In this document: positions 1 through 15,646 of the stretch, piece by piece
Position numbering within the stretch: the stretch's first letter is position 1
Layout of the letters: each line of letters opens with the position of its first letter
NCBI RefSeq assembly: GCF_006345805.1
Contig: NC_043005.1
Coordinates: forward strand, 66,898,001 to 66,962,000
Origin: Octopus sinensis
Taxonomy: Eukaryota
DNA length: 64,000 nucleotides
Direction of reading: 5' to 3'
Program-made: the position numbers and the translations under genes
The notes under the pieces: model-generated
What the model was told of the DNA's origin: nothing
Database searches by the model: none
Seen by the model: only the letters and a program-made list of their open reading frames with translations

Positions 1-190
1 GAAACCAGCAATTCGCACAAAAAGGCGAAGTCTATTGTTATTGTTGCACTACCATGCACCCCCACATAAGGCCACATCGTTGAAACCATTGAAAAATTAG
101 GTTTCGAGTCGCTGAAACACGCTTCGTATTACAAAAGAATAAAATTCTGACTGATTTTTACCATTTTGTGATTGTGTTATTGAACATACT
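1..190 (+). mobile_element. Decayed mariner transposase fragment (catalytic region), truncated by window start
   Basis: Frameshifted translation KPAIRTKRRSLLLLLHYHAPPHKA/VETIEKLGFESLKHASY matches the mariner motif LLHDNARPH...ETIEKLGFEVL.HP.YSPDL; ends in ttattgaacatact, resembling a TIR end. Confidence 0.75.
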
Positions 191-1501
191 TGTTTCTCCT
201 TCAGACAGTTTTGAAAGATATAGTCTCTTTTACAAAATATCCTGCATGTTGATACTACAACCTATTTGAAGACCTGATTTGCTTTCTACTCAAAATAATT
301 TGAACATATTTTTAAAATTTTCATGAACGCAAATATAAATGCTAGGGTGGAGGATTATTTCTCATGCATAATTAGAAATTGAAAACATGCATGCATAAAA
401 GAAAATTAACATATGAAAGTAGTTCACTGCATTCCTTATTTATTATCTTGCTCAGGACGTTATGCCAATCAACAAATATAGAATGACTGACAGTTGTGAT
501 GATAATGATCGATAGGGATGCTGTCGATTACATATCCATGGCTGGCAAATAAGACAAATGTAGGGCCTCTAACATTTGCTATGAATAATGCGATAATAGC
601 TCAGGATTAATAATTACAGAAAAATCTAATGTATCACCAAGATTTGCAATTACATTTTCATACCTACCATTAAAATGTCTCGTTTTATCAACAAACTTGC
701 GCCGTTTCCATTTAATCTCATCATTCTAGTTTTAAGTGCACAATCTTTCTTTCTTATATGAATATGAATGTAAACAACCACAGATATATACCCAACCCAC
801 ACACATACATACAGGCATGCGTAATAAACGGAAACATGAATAATGTACGCAAAATATCAGAAGAGCAAACTTTTCTGTTTTTCTTTTTTTATTTCGATTA
901 ACTAAAATTAAAAATTGAAAATAAAACTAAATTCGCCAAACTATTTTTGTCACTTAGGGACTGCGATCTGTTCACGAGATTTTGAAAATAAAACGTTTCA
1001 GTTAATTTGTCTCAAACTTGTTATATTAGAAAATAGCATAACGAACTCGTTTTTATCTCATTAAAAGTGCAGGCCATCTGGATTGAGTCACGTTTTATAT
1101 ACATATATAAAGCACCTCAAAATTATCAGATTACTTAACTGAAGTAGTCCTATCAATCCGTGCGATGGCTTCAGTATGTAAAGAATAAAAATACCTCATA
1201 TGAGACAATAATTAAAAGAAAACATTTGTTACGCGTGCGAGATGCAAAAACATTTCATATCCAATAAAAAATGTTTCCATATCCGTGTACAATGACTGAG
1301 TAGTTGAGTTTATTATATTAAAAAGTTCTCAATTAGGAAAATATTATCATATATCGAATAACATACGTTATACAAAAGAATGCTTACAAAATAATATGTA
1401 TATATATCAAAATTCACGTCTGACCAGCCAACTTGATACATCAGTTAAGTCTTACTAAAAATAATTAACTGTGAGATATATCTATATTTATACCCTAGTA
1501 T

Positions 1502-1502
<1 letters not shown>

Positions 1503-1581
<79 letters not shown>

Positions 1582-1631
1582 ATATCTATGTATGTATGTA
1601 TGTATCTATCTATCTATCTATCTATCTATCT
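1503..1631. repeat. (TATC)n microsatellite with (TATG) interruption
   Basis: Directly visible tetranucleotide tandem repeat. Confidence 0.97.
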
Positions 1632-1947
1632 AATCTATTGTATGATGTATGCTGTATGTATGTGCGTGTTTGTTACGTGTGTGTGTTCAATTGCGAGAAA
1701 CAGTTTGCTTATTGTGTACTAATACATATGAAATTTATCTGTTCAATGTTAATTAAAATTGATAATCTCATTCAAGTTAGGGACTTTCCATTTGATTATC
1801 TTCACTAATTTGAATAATATGTCATTTCGCATTATGCATAAATCATAAGAAGTAAATACTTTTGACAATATTCTCAAATAAAAGCAAATCAAATTCGTTT
1901 ACTCTGTGAAATTTATTTCATTTATCAATCATGGTTTTATAGCTCAT

Positions 1948-2208
1948 GTGGAGGTGCGTGGCTTCGTGGTTAGGGTGTCAGCATCATGATCGTAAGATTG
2001 TGGTGTCGATTCCTGGACCGGGCGACGTGTTGTGTTCTTGAGCAAAGCACTTTATTTCACTTTGCTCCAGTCCATCAGCTGGCAAAAATGAGTAACGCTG
2101 CGATGGACTGGCGTCCCATCCAGCTTGGGAACACATACGCCACTGAAACCGGGAAACCGGGCCCATGAGCCTGGTTAGGCTTTAAAAGGGTGCATTTATT
2201 TATTTATA
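1948..2208 (+). mobile_element. tRNA-derived SINE, family C head with body type 1; 13-bp TSD
   Basis: A-box-like tggcttcgtgg, B-box-like gtgtcgattcc, conserved gcactttatttcac..tgctccagtcca block, central gcgatggactggcgtcccatccag, (ttta)n tail. TSD ttttatagctcat (1935-1947) / ttttatggctcat (2209-2221), 1 mismatch. Confidence 0.85.
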
Positions 2209-5200
2209 TTTTATGGCTCATATCTCTTCTGTTATTGAGGTTTTAGGAAATCGCTTGCATCAAACCAAATCAAATTATACTGCAAAAGGAAACTGATCAA
2301 ACATTAACTTACTCAATATGTGCGCTTTAAAAAACTAAAGCCATAATTATTTTGCCACACTCCTTAGTGTGAAACAAAGATTCAGCAAGTTTAATGGAAT
2401 ACAAATTTGCAGTGGAATAAAATGTATTTATGGGACATCAGTTAAAATAAGTGCTAATTGTAAGAAACAGGCGTTGATGAATGTTCACGAAAGTATTGTA
2501 CACCCATTTACTTCTTGATTTAGTTTTGCTCAATATGTTCCTATATTACAAAGCTATCATTCCTTGATCTTTCTCTCTTTTTCGACGCACAGACACAGAT
2601 ACACGAACACACACACACATATTCCCTCTCTATCTATCTGTCTAGCTATCTATCTATCTCTATTCTTATCTCTTTCTTTCACTCTCTCTCTCTCTCTCTC
2701 TCTCTCCTTTTCTGTCGCACTCACATGCACAAACGCATGCATATATGCTGTGTAAAGTCAGCAAATATTAAAGAAAAAGAAGAAACCGTGATGAAGAACG
2801 TTTGGCAAGCGTGGTATTAATTTAATACTTAAGAATTTGAAGTGAGAAATTCCAATGACTCGAACGTTAGATTTTAGAAATTAAAAAAAAATAGAAAAGT
2901 ATAGGAACAGAGAGGGAAGCAAAAATATTTGGGGTATTAAAGAAAATAGTAATTTTTGTTAGAAAACACATTACAAAAGAAGATATATTTCTTACAAAAA
3001 AAAACTAATGTAAAGAATGCAGAAGGGAGGCGGTCTAACCACAGAATCCTACTCTTCTATGTATGAGTAGAGAAGACATAGAGGGGCAGGTATACAAGCG
3101 TCTATATATCTGAGTGTGTCTGGAAGTGGACATTAAGGACAAATGTATAGTTGCGTGTGGGTGTGTAGTATTATATCTCAATACGTGTTTGCATGAATGA
3201 AACTATTGCAGCGTTTGTATGTAGGATAAGTGGATATTAATATATATACGTGTAATTATTCGCTAGGTAGTGTGAAAGTATCTGAGGATGTGAGAGCGTG
3301 TGTCGTGGAATAAATATGCAGAAGAAGAACAAGGGAGGAAAATAGTAAGGAAGTATATAGAATTGAATTTATGCGTGTGCAAATGAGCAAACTCAGACAT
3401 ATATGGATAGAAAATTGTTTTTTTTTTTTCAAAATGCGTGCCTGAGAAACAGACAGAATCGTATTAAACTCGGAAAAGATCGTTAAATTGTTTTAAAAAG
3501 GTCAGAAATTTGGTGCAATCTATTAAAAATGGTGAAATATTAATGATGCAAGATGAAAACAAGACTTTAATTGCACAAGTGCTGTTGGAAGAACGAAAAG
3601 TTGTACACACATACATCCCTATCTAACGACATATATTAGCTGCTATCATATTATAAACACTAACATATTTATGTATTTTTCAGTTATAGCAAAGTATACA
3701 CACAATAAATCTGCTATCATATTAAATTTCACGCAATGTAAATTAAGAAATTTATATCAACATCACAATAAGAGTTGATATGGAAATCATTGCTGTGGTG
3801 CTTATTCACACTACTTTCCTAACAAAGTGCGTCTATTAGCATATGTTGGCAAAGTCAGTTAATCGTTCACGTTGCACGGATTAACAACTACTTGATATAG
3901 AAATATTTCTAGAAAAAGAGATACAATTCTACAATATATCCATTGTATCTCAATTTTGATGAATCTGTCTTTTAGTAATCTATACATTTCTGTAGAATAC
4001 ATGCTGTATTGTAGACAAATTATTTTCATAACATTTTCCAGTTAGGTTGTCAGTAATGGTATTATGAAGTAAAATATATCCTTCAGAAAATTGGTAGCAT
4101 ATTTCATGGTATGCTTCCAGGTGTTTGCTATAATAAATATCAGATGCAGCTGGCAGAAAACTACACTAAAATATTTCAAACTTTATATGAACGATAACAT
4201 TGTCCAAGTCATAAACCCTGCCCTGAGTTATTTATGTTACAGTATACACACATTATCATTAAATATTGTTATTTATAAAGAATGTCCATAACCATGACTG
4301 TTACTTTATCGATTCGGTTAATTGCCCGATGTTCTAAAACACTATGAAGACTTATCAAATCGATTCTTCATGGATATACACAGTATTTGACTTATGAAAT
4401 TAACGACAATCAAATAACGGGGATATTCGGCATTTTTGGTTCTGCCTATACCTTACATCGAACTGCCTAAATATGCTTTGGTAAAATCTGTTTCAACAGA
4501 TGAAATTCTAATTAAGTTTATCTTACTAACAAATAAATGGAAATCACTATCATTTATCAACAAAATGTTGGTGTTACATTGTCATAAAAACTAACGCACA
4601 ACTAATATAAAATAGATATTTTTGCAGTAAATATTCGCTGCTCTTCAATAGAAACAGGAAATTGAATATACTCGTAACTCAGATTTAATATTCAAATTAA
4701 AAATTAAGATACATTTTCCAAAAACATCTGAAACAGTGTACGTCTTGTTTAGTATTTAAATACAATTATTCATTTTATCATGTTTGCATAAAATGAGGAA
4801 TATTTGTGAATATAGTGTGAGTTGATAAAATCATAATTTTTATATTTATGTTTCCTACATATTTTAAAATTCTAAGTTGTTACTTTTTTTTATTTCGAAG
4901 GCTTTGATGATAGAAAGTTCAAAAGAAAACTGATTCAATAATAAAACGCGCATATTTGTAATAAACATGTTTATAATTCTTTATAAAACGTATATGCTCA
5001 GCTAATAAAAGAGAGTGGATATTGTAAAATATCAGAAAAATATTTCTGGTTTATTTGGATAAAACTCCTCGTTTAAAATTACACCTGTACATGTCAACAT
5101 GTAAACAGAAAGCAAACACTTACACACACATGCACACACATACGTACACACACACATCCACCTTCCATAAATGGAATGTTGCTGTCACAAAACTTGCTGA

Positions 5201-5422
5201 GAAATTGAGTGCATGACGTAAATTTTTTACAGTACTACGAATTTATGGTTTCAGCTAAATATTTCCTTTGTTTCTGCTTATCCATGAAAAGTATCTGTAC
5301 AAATCAGTCTATCTACCTACATGTCTGTCTTTCAATCTATCAATCTGTTTTTCTATCTATTTAATCTATCTCCATACATACATATATATATATATATATA
5401 CGTGTGTGTGTGTGAATATCAA

Positions 5423-5531
5423 TGTATGTATGAATGCATGTATGTATGCATGTATGTATGTATGTATGTATGTATGTATGTATGAATGTATGTATGTATG
5501 TATGTATGTATGTATGTATGCATGTATGCAT
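5423..5531. repeat. (TATG)n microsatellite
   Basis: Directly visible. Confidence 0.95.
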
Positions 5532-7180
5532 ACGCAGGATGTTGTAGTTCTCTCGCCGCAAAGAACACATAACAACAGCAATTTCCGATATGACCTCAAT
5601 GTTATTTCAGGCTGAGCGGTTTGAATTAATCACCGTCACATTTACATATAACAATTTAACATTGTTTATTTAAATCGAACTCAAATGATTGCTATCTTTA
5701 ATAGGTTCGCTTTTACATCTATATATATATTTAACTTCAAGGTCCCTCAAGTTTCGTATGTTTGCACAAATAACCTCGCTCTTCAGTCCTATCAAATCAC
5801 AGAGAACACTTATAAAGCTAATTGTACTGAACTGGCAGTGCAGCACTCAAATTATAAAATGCATTCAGGAAAAAGAGAGGAGACCGGGAATAAATATACT
5901 AAATACGGGATTTGTATGTTTGATACATGTACGGTGTTTCAGTTAACACTAATGACGGTGTAGAGTCATATACAAAATGTCTTTGTACCTTTCTTCGCTT
6001 CATCAGGTCCGATCTCGGTCTGCACACCATGATAAAAGGACTAACTATATAAAAAATAAGATCCAATGCGCAAGTTATTCATACAAGAAACAAGACCTCT
6101 TTACGAATCTTGAATAATTAAATGTATTTCAGTCACGGAAACATATGCATCATATGCACATCAGAACATACCGAAATGCACAAGCTCAGACACATAAGAA
6201 TTCAGGTATGCGTACGTGCGCAACTGTCTGTATATGTGTGGTTATTATGTACGTGTTTGCAACGTATGTGTTAGCCCGTGTATTGTAGCAAATTCTTTAC
6301 ATTATTTTATTTTACAAATAGTATATCATTTTACAAACGAACATATTATGAAGATTATATTATCTTATAAACGATGTTTAAATTCTTAGAATTCTAAAAA
6401 CCTAATCATTTCGAGGCACTAAGAATTCTCATTTTGAATATGATTTTTTTTCAAACATTATTTTCTTGGTTTCCCATATAAATACTTATCATACGCTTTC
6501 CAAAAATAAATGGAAGGTTAATTATCACTGAAGGTGACTTGCCAATCTTTATTGCACTCGTACAATTTCTACCAGTATGAGATTGGTACTAGCTTATGCG
6601 AACTTGAAACCCATCGTACGTTTTTATATGAAACTCGTGCAAGATGGGTTACTTTATTTATTTGCCCAATTTTTTATATTCCAGGGTTTGTTTCTATTAT
6701 TTCAGAAACAGTGAACTGTTTAAAAATGCTATAAAAGACTATCTTCCATATATCTCTTTACTGTTCTCTTTGCCAAAATATTTACTCCTTTCTTTCTAAG
6801 TCCATAATGCAATAATATAGTTGTAATAAAAAAAAGTCGTAGTTGCTTTGTGCCGAAAAGTTTAAAAGGACTTGAACAGGAGGTACATATAGATAATAAA
6901 TTAGATACTATATGGTTCAAAACGAATGCTAAAGGCATTGTATTTAAAATGATAAGAAAAAAGACTATTGAACTGAATATAAGAATATAGATTACATAAT
7001 ATATAAAAATTTATACGATGCACTTCGTTCCATTAAACTACAATCGACTTCAGTAATGCAAAAAAGTATACAGCATTGATTATTGCTAGTCTGCTCTCTT
7101 TATTACAACAGAATACATCTGAAGGAACGGTTGCGTATTCGCATGCACGTCCCGCCCTCCCAAACACACTCATATGCATT

Positions 7181-7186
<6 letters not shown>

Positions 7187-7273
<87 letters not shown>
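7187..7273. repeat. (TA)n microsatellite
   Basis: Directly visible. Confidence 0.95.
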
Positions 7274-9139
7274 GTATACATACGTGTATATTCTATACAC
7301 ATATGCATTATATATGCATTTATGCATGCATGTATGCACATAGGTATGTATATAAATACATATGGAAGGCAGAGATCCAGCATGGCTACAGTCAAATGAC
7401 TAAAAAAAGTAAAAGTATAAAAGCGTGTATGTATATATATATATATATATGCTGATTTTTCCCTTCACACACACACACACGCACCCTCACACATGTGTAT
7501 ATATGCACATGCAATATTTTATGCGCATGTGTTTCTGATTGTATGTGTCTGCATATAGGCGTCACTTTGTGCGTGTTTGTGTGTGTTCATTGCTAACTCC
7601 CAGCGGATCTTGATGTAGCTAACGTAAGATTTAATGCTTTCCATCCACGATGCATCTGTACTGATGCTGTTGCAGTTAACGTGCAACTAGTGCAACATAT
7701 CCAGCACAATATACTTTGATGTTTTAGTCTCTATGTTTTGATTTGAGAGAAATATTGCTGCTTTTTCGCTGTGCATGTATGTAAACTCCGCATTTCTTTT
7801 GATTTAGTGAAATAGATCGCTACAACAATTCTGCATTGCTAATTCGTTTGTACGTGAGTGTGTGTGTGTTAGAATGTGTCCGTGTGTTTGTGTTTTTGCG
7901 GCATAGATATGCTTGTGTAGTATCTTAATATTCTGAGCAATTTCATTCATGTTTGCATTTATTGTTATTATTTTCTATATTTTATAATTATCTTCTTGTC
8001 ATTTCCGTTCAGGTAAATATTTGTAAAATTACCTTATAACATATAAACCATTTTCACCGTTGCATTTATGTTCTCTGGTAATTTTTCCTTTCTATACTTT
8101 CCTATTTCATGTTTTTTCTGTAAATTAAAACACGTTCTGAATTAATGTGTGACGTAACTCTTGAAATGTTTTTATTTTCTCTCTACATGTAAAATGTTAT
8201 TAATACTATTCCATGTGATTACTTTATAATTTTCGGCATATACGTACTTTGTTAAATACTGGCGTTTAAATATATCCATCTCAATAAATTGGATTATTTA
8301 CTTCCACACTTTTCGACATTTTTCCATTACTAAGGCGTTCAAAATGGAGTGTTAGCTTTTTGGCTATCTTTTTTTACACCTGAAGTGTGTGTCTATTTTT
8401 CACATTTTATTTATACAAATTTTAACTCACAAATGTGATCAATACATGTGGTTAATGTCTATTTTTACTTTTATCTGAAGTGCTGTGGCCATGCTAAAGC
8501 ACTGGCAACATATTTTTTTTGATAGCATAATATTTGTAAATTATACCGTAATTGCTTGAATTTCTTTCAGCCATGCACTTCCAAAACTGAAGAGAGCAGT
8601 GTCTATCTGATAGCCAAACAGAAAACAGAATGTTACTAGTATTGACGACAACAGCCTTGAAGACACGATGTGTGAGTCATCTAATAGAATAGAAAGCATG
8701 CTAGCGTCAAGATTTTAACAATATATCAAGTTAGTTTGCAATAAATTCAATATTAGTATTGAACATCTACCACTAATATGTCTCGCTAGGTTTCCTTTCA
8801 AGATAAATTTTAACGATCCTGAAGCCCTGTAATAAATGAATTTCGGTATAGTTCTGACACCTACAAAATAGAACGTCTTATACAGGTAATCTGGTAACAC
8901 ATTATTAGATTTTATTGTCTAGAAACCTTTTACTCAGATACTTGCTAGGTTATGACTGGCCTAGTGATATAATGCTATAGTAAACTCTAATAGTGATAAG
9001 GTTCTCTTAAAATAATTCTGAAGTTACACTTATTACGAACAACGTAAATATAGTAAATAAGCATGATCTTCTGAAAATAACCTCTCATAGAACGGTTACA
9101 AGACCCTTTCTAGCAGTAGCAATAATCCAGTATTTTAAC

Positions 9140-9513
9140 TTTTGATTGGTTCACTCATTAGATTGCGGCCGTGCTGGGAAACCGCATGAAAGAATCTTTT
9201 AGCCGAGTAAATCGATCTTAGCACTTAATCTTTAAAAGCCTAATACTTATTCTATCTGCCACTGATTTCTGAACCTCTAGCTAACGTGGATGTAAAGACA
9301 ATAACACAACTTGTCAAGCAGTGTGAAGGGAACACACATAGAAATATACATACGACTTGCTTCTAGTTTCCGTCTACCAAATCTACTCACAAGTATTTTG
9401 GTCGGTCCGAAACTATAGTTGAAGACAGGACATTTACCCAAGCTGCCGTGCAATGGGACAGAAATGGAACCATAAGGTTGGGAAGCAACCTTCCTGCCAC
9501 ATTGCCGTGCCTA
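9140..9513 (-). mobile_element. Old, diverged copy of SINE family A
   Basis: Reverse complement aligns by eye with the copies at 22447, 37520 and 47197 (ctagtttccgtctaccaaatctactcacaag; gattgcggccgtgctgggaaaccgc). Confidence 0.75.
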
Positions 9514-12099
9514 TTTAATATCTTTTATTGGAAATATAACACCCTTCATTACTTAATTTGTATGACTGCCACAATGCAGTACACATGAAGGTAATCCCAG
9601 GAAACCTACGTTCGAGGAAATGTCATTGGGCGTAGAAATTTGTGTAGGGTCTTGGTTGATCACAGGATGAAAGATGAGATGAAAGTCAAATGGACTGACT
9701 TTGAATGCGGTTTACATCATCTTCGAATGAGTCAACTTCATTAACGATCTAAACGGAGCATTACAGAGTTAGGAGATGATAGGTGCTGAATTATTGAAAT
9801 ATTTTCGCACCCGAATAATATAGGCTTTGATATGCAATCATTTCTGTGCTAAGATTGTGCGCGCACTACAAAAGATTACCAGTGATGTTTCGAATCAGGA
9901 TGGTTTCAATTACAGGGTACTCCAGTGTAAATGGAATATTATGTCTTGTTATAAATAGAGAATTGATCTTTTTGTTTTTGCTGTTGAAGGAGACAAAATT
10001 AGCATAAGCTAATTGTCGACGTGTTTCATCATAAAAGTAGGGTTGATTTGTTGTGAAGTGCCAAATTCACATGTAGATATAAAAGCGAATCGAGAATTAA
10101 GGGGTTCAATCAAGATGCACATTTCTCTGTCAATGTAAAATGTGTTTGATACGGAAAGAAATGAATGTTCATGAATGTTTTTACTACACATCAAGCTTTT
10201 TCATTGTATACACCAAATGCTTCATAATGCATTGTGTATAAGCACGCTTTTTTGTGATTTTGTATGCCTTTGTTATGTGTATGTATTTAAAATCTTCAAT
10301 TGCTTATGAAGAATTAAGAAGATTTACAATAATTTGTGCTTTCACTATTTTGTTACAATGACTGAACACATGTTATTCGAAGATTGACTGAACGAAAACA
10401 TTGCAATAAATTTCATTTGAATCTCTAAATATGATTACTTTAGGAAATTTTACTTGGATATTTGTGACAGAAAATTTAAGCCGAAATGATGGAATAAATA
10501 AAGTAAGGATTAAAGGGAAATATAAAGTTCTATGTGGGGATTAACGTTTTCTCCTAATTCCTTCCTGAACTGACTGGCATTCCGAACTGCGCTAGGTGCT
10601 TCAGAGCATAAGTTACAAATATAGAAAATATAGATCATTCTAACCTGTATCTGAGTACATATAGGTAGCAATTCCTTTTTGATAGAAATTGGACGCCCTC
10701 TATGGCGGCTGCATGTTTTCTATGCATATATCATTTCTGTAGTCATCACATTAGTAGTGTTTTAATGCAAAAATGTATACCAGGTTGTACATTCATCTCA
10801 CACAAACACACACACATACACACACACATATACGCACTTAAATATATGTCTGGTCATAGAGTAACCAATGATTTCGCATCCAGAAAGGATATATATATAT
10901 ATATATATAATATATATATATATATAGGTGATTCAGTAGCGGAAAATCCAATATTAATCTCATTTATAAAAGCTAGAGCAATATTATTTTCTGAGTTTTG
11001 CACTTTAATTACTATTGTACATTTGTTTCCGTAGCCGAAAATCTTTATGTGTGTATCTTCTTTCTTACCATATATATTATTGTAATTTACAATATGATTG
11101 TTATTATTGTCAATATTCTCTTATTAATAGGTTCAAAAGCGTACAAATATCATGAAATAGTTAAATTTTATAATGGTTGTTTCTCTTCCTTTGTTTTCTT
11201 TGCGTTAAAAGGATATGAAAGAATCTGGGATGCTTTTTGAAGAAACGTTTTTAATCACAGTTGTAAAAGACAATTGTGAATATCAAATATTTGCAATTAC
11301 ATGCGATTGTTTGTAATGCAATTCCATTTAAAATTTATTTGAACATAAAATGGCACAAGAAGCTAAAAGGTCAAAACGAATTACGGATTGTTAATGAAAG
11401 TTAAATACAACTAATTTTTCTGGTTACATTCGTAATGTTCTGGAGGAAATTGTATTCAGGTTAATGAATATTGATTCGTGTTGAGATGAACACAGATCTG
11501 ATGATGTCATCTTGAATAAAGCAAATATTAAAAGCCCTACGGTCGTGGTAAGCCATCAAAATTTTGATGACGACTGCTTATAATAACTAAATTTCTGCAG
11601 ATCTATATTTTACAGGAATTTGTACCATCGTCTTCAATAAGCTGACAGGCATCTTTGGCAAGAGGAAATTCTGTAAATTTTGCATCATGTTTCTCGGCAT
11701 AATATGAGTGAATTGAAAGCATACATCATATTTTTACGTAATAGAAGCCTAATTAAACAGATGTAATACCCTTGCTAAATGAGAAAATAATCGTGCAAAG
11801 ATTGTAAGGAACAGTGATAAAATAAGACAAATCGTTTTCATAAATTAGAATCGTACCCCCATTGACGAGAACACTCATTATCAAAATACATTTTCTCTAG
11901 ATAAATACAAACTTAACTGGATAATGTTTGCTGTCAACACTAACGTTTTAATTTGAATCAATAAAAATTTCTCTTCATTAAGTATCTTATTGCTCAATAT
12001 ATGATTTAGCGAAACAGTTCACACCTGCTAAAACTTGCGTAAATTGTAATTAACTTTATTTATTTCAAGGATTCAAGATACCTGAGATGTATAAATGAC

Positions 12100-12316
12100 T
12101 ATGTGATTGTGCAAAGGATGAGTAATGCTTTGCGGTATTTCATCTGCCGTTACGTTGTGAGTTCAAATTCCGCTGAGTTCGACTTTGCTTTTCATCCCTT
12201 CGGTGTCGATAAATTAAGTACCAGTTACGCACTGGGGTCGATGTAATCGACTTAATCCGTTTGTCTATCCGTGTTTGTCCTCTCTGTGTTTAGCCTCTTG
12301 CGGGTAGTAAAGAAAT
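12100..12316 (+). mobile_element. tRNA-derived SINE family B
   Basis: B-box gagttcaaattcc followed by gactttgcttttcatcccttcggtgtcgataaattaagtaccagttacgcactggggtcgatgtaatcgactta; same family as 30488-30618 and 51064-51632. Confidence 0.85.
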
Positions 12317-15300
12317 ATATACAGTAGACAGAAAAATAGATGCATTTTACATTGTGCGGAGTGTAATGGCTTTAGAGCAAACCAATTAAATAAGTCAATC
12401 ATTTTCTTTTAGATTCCAATGTGTGTCTCTCTACTGTTGTTTTATTCCTTGTTTCTTCACTCGATGAGCAAAAGAATCAAACTTTACTCTCGATTCAAAA
12501 AAAAGTTTGTTACATCTAAACTTTGTTGGTGTTGAAAAGGGATTGATGACTTCTAATATAAACTTAGTAAATGTCAGCGGCATAACATTTATTGAATCGT
12601 TAATACTGACAATTCTCATCGTTTGGGAATTCGTTCAACGTTGAACATAAGGGCCTACCATTCACAATGATACTTAAATTGACACATGCTATTAATTTGT
12701 TTGGAATGGATACAGTTAATTTTATTAACCCCAATGGGAGAAAGAGGCAGCAGAGTTTTATTGACCTGAACAGAAAAAGCGAAGAGATGAAATTAATATT
12801 TTTAGGTTAGTATTGTGGTGCATTGTCTTTTTAGCCACTACGAACCGGAAGTTTGAAAGACACATTTAATCAATTACTTTTCAATGTATTTGCTCCTAAT
12901 GGAATGGTGTTTATTTACCTTTCCATTTACCATTTTATGTGCTATGTCTCCCCTCTTTATACTTCTTTACATAGATGCTTATATGCGCAACAATAAATAA
13001 ACTATCTTCTATTAAAGCTATTAGTGATTTCATTTTTGCTATTAATGCTTTCTATCGCTTCCTTTCTATTATTGGCTCCCTTGCTACATTAAATATTTTA
13101 GAAAGTACATCGAAGAATTAATTGATCTCTAATGAGTTATTTAATAGCACAGCTTTTATGATTTTACTCAATAATATTTGTTAGAAATAAAATGAAAAAC
13201 CGCCGAATAAAATGAAATTTTCTAAGAGATGCTTGCTATTCGTTCCAGATTGGATACAGATTGAACTCCATGAGAGTGTTCACCGTAACGGAAATTTAAG
13301 TTATTATCATTAACGTTATATCTTGTAGTTGATGTTACATCTTGTACATATAACTTGGTTATTACTTATTTAAATTTTATGATGACAAAATTATTAAATA
13401 TTTGCAAATGCTCATTGTCTCTAATATTTGGTAAGGGGAAATGACTTAACGAAAGGTGGGACATAATAAAGAAAAGGATTGGCAACTCTGAAGCGAAGCA
13501 CGGATGAGAAAATAGAAAAATAATTGGGCAAATTAGGTATATCTTAACATATGCGGTTCATAATTAATTATATGCATAACTACGATTTATAAATGTTTCG
13601 TGTATCGGCTAAAGGCACTCACTACTGATAGTGTTCCTTCGAATTCGATTTCCTTTATCTCGAAGAAATATGTTGACCATATATCTCGAAAAGAGTGGTT
13701 TTATCGTCAAGTCTATACGCAATATCACTAACGGAGATATTTGAGCTGTTTCAATATGGATGCATAAGGTGGTGGATTAATAATTTTCTACATCTATGTG
13801 GCCTCGAGGCTTTAGCAACAATCAAATCACGTAGACAAAACCCAAACTTAATGCTGAAATTTTAAGTATAGAAAAGTAGTTCTTAGACTCATGAATCATA
13901 ATAATTCCGAAATGTACATGTCTTTTCTCAAACAATATTTCACAGAATTACGTGAAGATTTCTCTATGGATACAGAACTTAAAAACAGGCAAACAGCCTA
14001 TAATACTTGAATTAGATAGCATTGCTTAAAGTCAGTCCAGGCCGAAGGCCTCAGTATGTTCTTTCCACCAACTACGATCCGATGTGAAGACAGGAAATTT
14101 CTGCTCGGGATCATACTGGTTTGATGTGACTACCATGGCACATTTGCTTGATACGACTTAGAAGAAAGGTGCAGTTTTATTTTTTACACTTGTACCCAGG
14201 AGTAGCTAAGACGATTATAATGCTCATTGACATGGATATCGGACGATCTAGAACTTGATATGGGCAAAATTCAAATGAACTGTCATGGAATCATCGTCGA
14301 TGTTTGAAAAGGTCAAGATGGTGCATTTTTTGTTTTTGGTATATGGTGTTATGCGCTACCCACTCGCAATATTCTCAATGCTATCGGGAATAGTTCAGTG
14401 GAGAATATGAAGTTAGAATTTGAAGATGTGACTTGCAGCGCATATACACAATATCCAACATATTGATGGTAACTTCATTTCATTGCATGGTAGAGTGCTG
14501 AACGTTTTCTTCTATGAGAGTAACTCTCTGTTATCGATGTTAGGCTGTTGCCACTTGATTTGATGGAACGACTTTGTAGTGCTTAGATTTTCGGATCTCC
14601 ACTTCCAGAAGTACGCATACATACCTACGTATATAAAAGACGTACATATGCAGATATATGCACAAACACATATATGTGTATATGTAGGCATACATAATAC
14701 ATATATATATATATATATATATACGTAAACTGAGTCATATATATGCATCTTTCTATATATATTATTTTCAAAGGAGAGCATAACTATTTCCATGCTGCCG
14801 ATTAGAACTTATCATGAACTTAACATAAACAGCACGAGTAGAGTCTGTCGGCTGCCGATGTTTGTAGCCATTAGATGCTTGTACACTAGAATAAAATTAA
14901 AGGATACGTGTCTAAGCGTATAGTCCTACTTTGCTGTATTTTATTCTATTTTTGTTTTCCTGCACTGCTTGGAAGTTCAAGTTATTTCGTAAGCTGTTAT
15001 AGTGTTTTGGGAAGTGTTGTAAATTTATATAATTGCTTGGGCTGGTTCGGGTGTGTAGTGATAAAAATGCTGTAGATTGTGACACTCGACTGTAAAAATC
15101 ATGGTATAGTGAAGATCAATGATTGATGAAGAGAGTAGATGTAGACAGACCTTTTCAATTTCCAAAATTCCTCAAATTCCAACGCGTAAAGAAAAACCAC
15201 TCTGAACATGAAGTATGGTCTGATGTCACTCGAATATTTGTTTCACGTATCATAATTGTATTCCGGGAAAGAAATATGAAATATGTTATCGAGAAGCACA

Positions 15301-15592
15301 TACTTAAGTTTACTGAAGTTTTTTCAAGTAGGCGTTTACAACTTCATAAGACCAATATAAAATGCTCTCTATATATTAAGATTCTCGAGAGATTCGTTCG
15401 TTGATAATATTATTAACATTTCTTATACGTCTCATTTTGTTATATGAAAAGCGTATGATGCACAATTTAGTGCACCCAGTGATGTTTTGAACCAAAATTA
15501 TCCTGAAGGTGACTAAGACACAACGAGGAAATCTAGATAGCTACTTAGAGGTTTGTGTGTGTATGTATAATATATATATACATACATGTATG

Positions 15593-15646
<54 letters not shown>

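Noticed and set aside
12413-12535. Possible terminal exon IPMCVSLLLFYSLFLHSMSKRIKLYSRFKKKFVTSKLCWC*
   Set aside because: Short and hydrophobic, with no recognisable family and no partner exons.
15500-15545. ctgaagg...gaa-atctagat-a hammerhead-like string
   Set aside because: A9 is absent, helices I and II do not pair convincingly, and there is only one copy.
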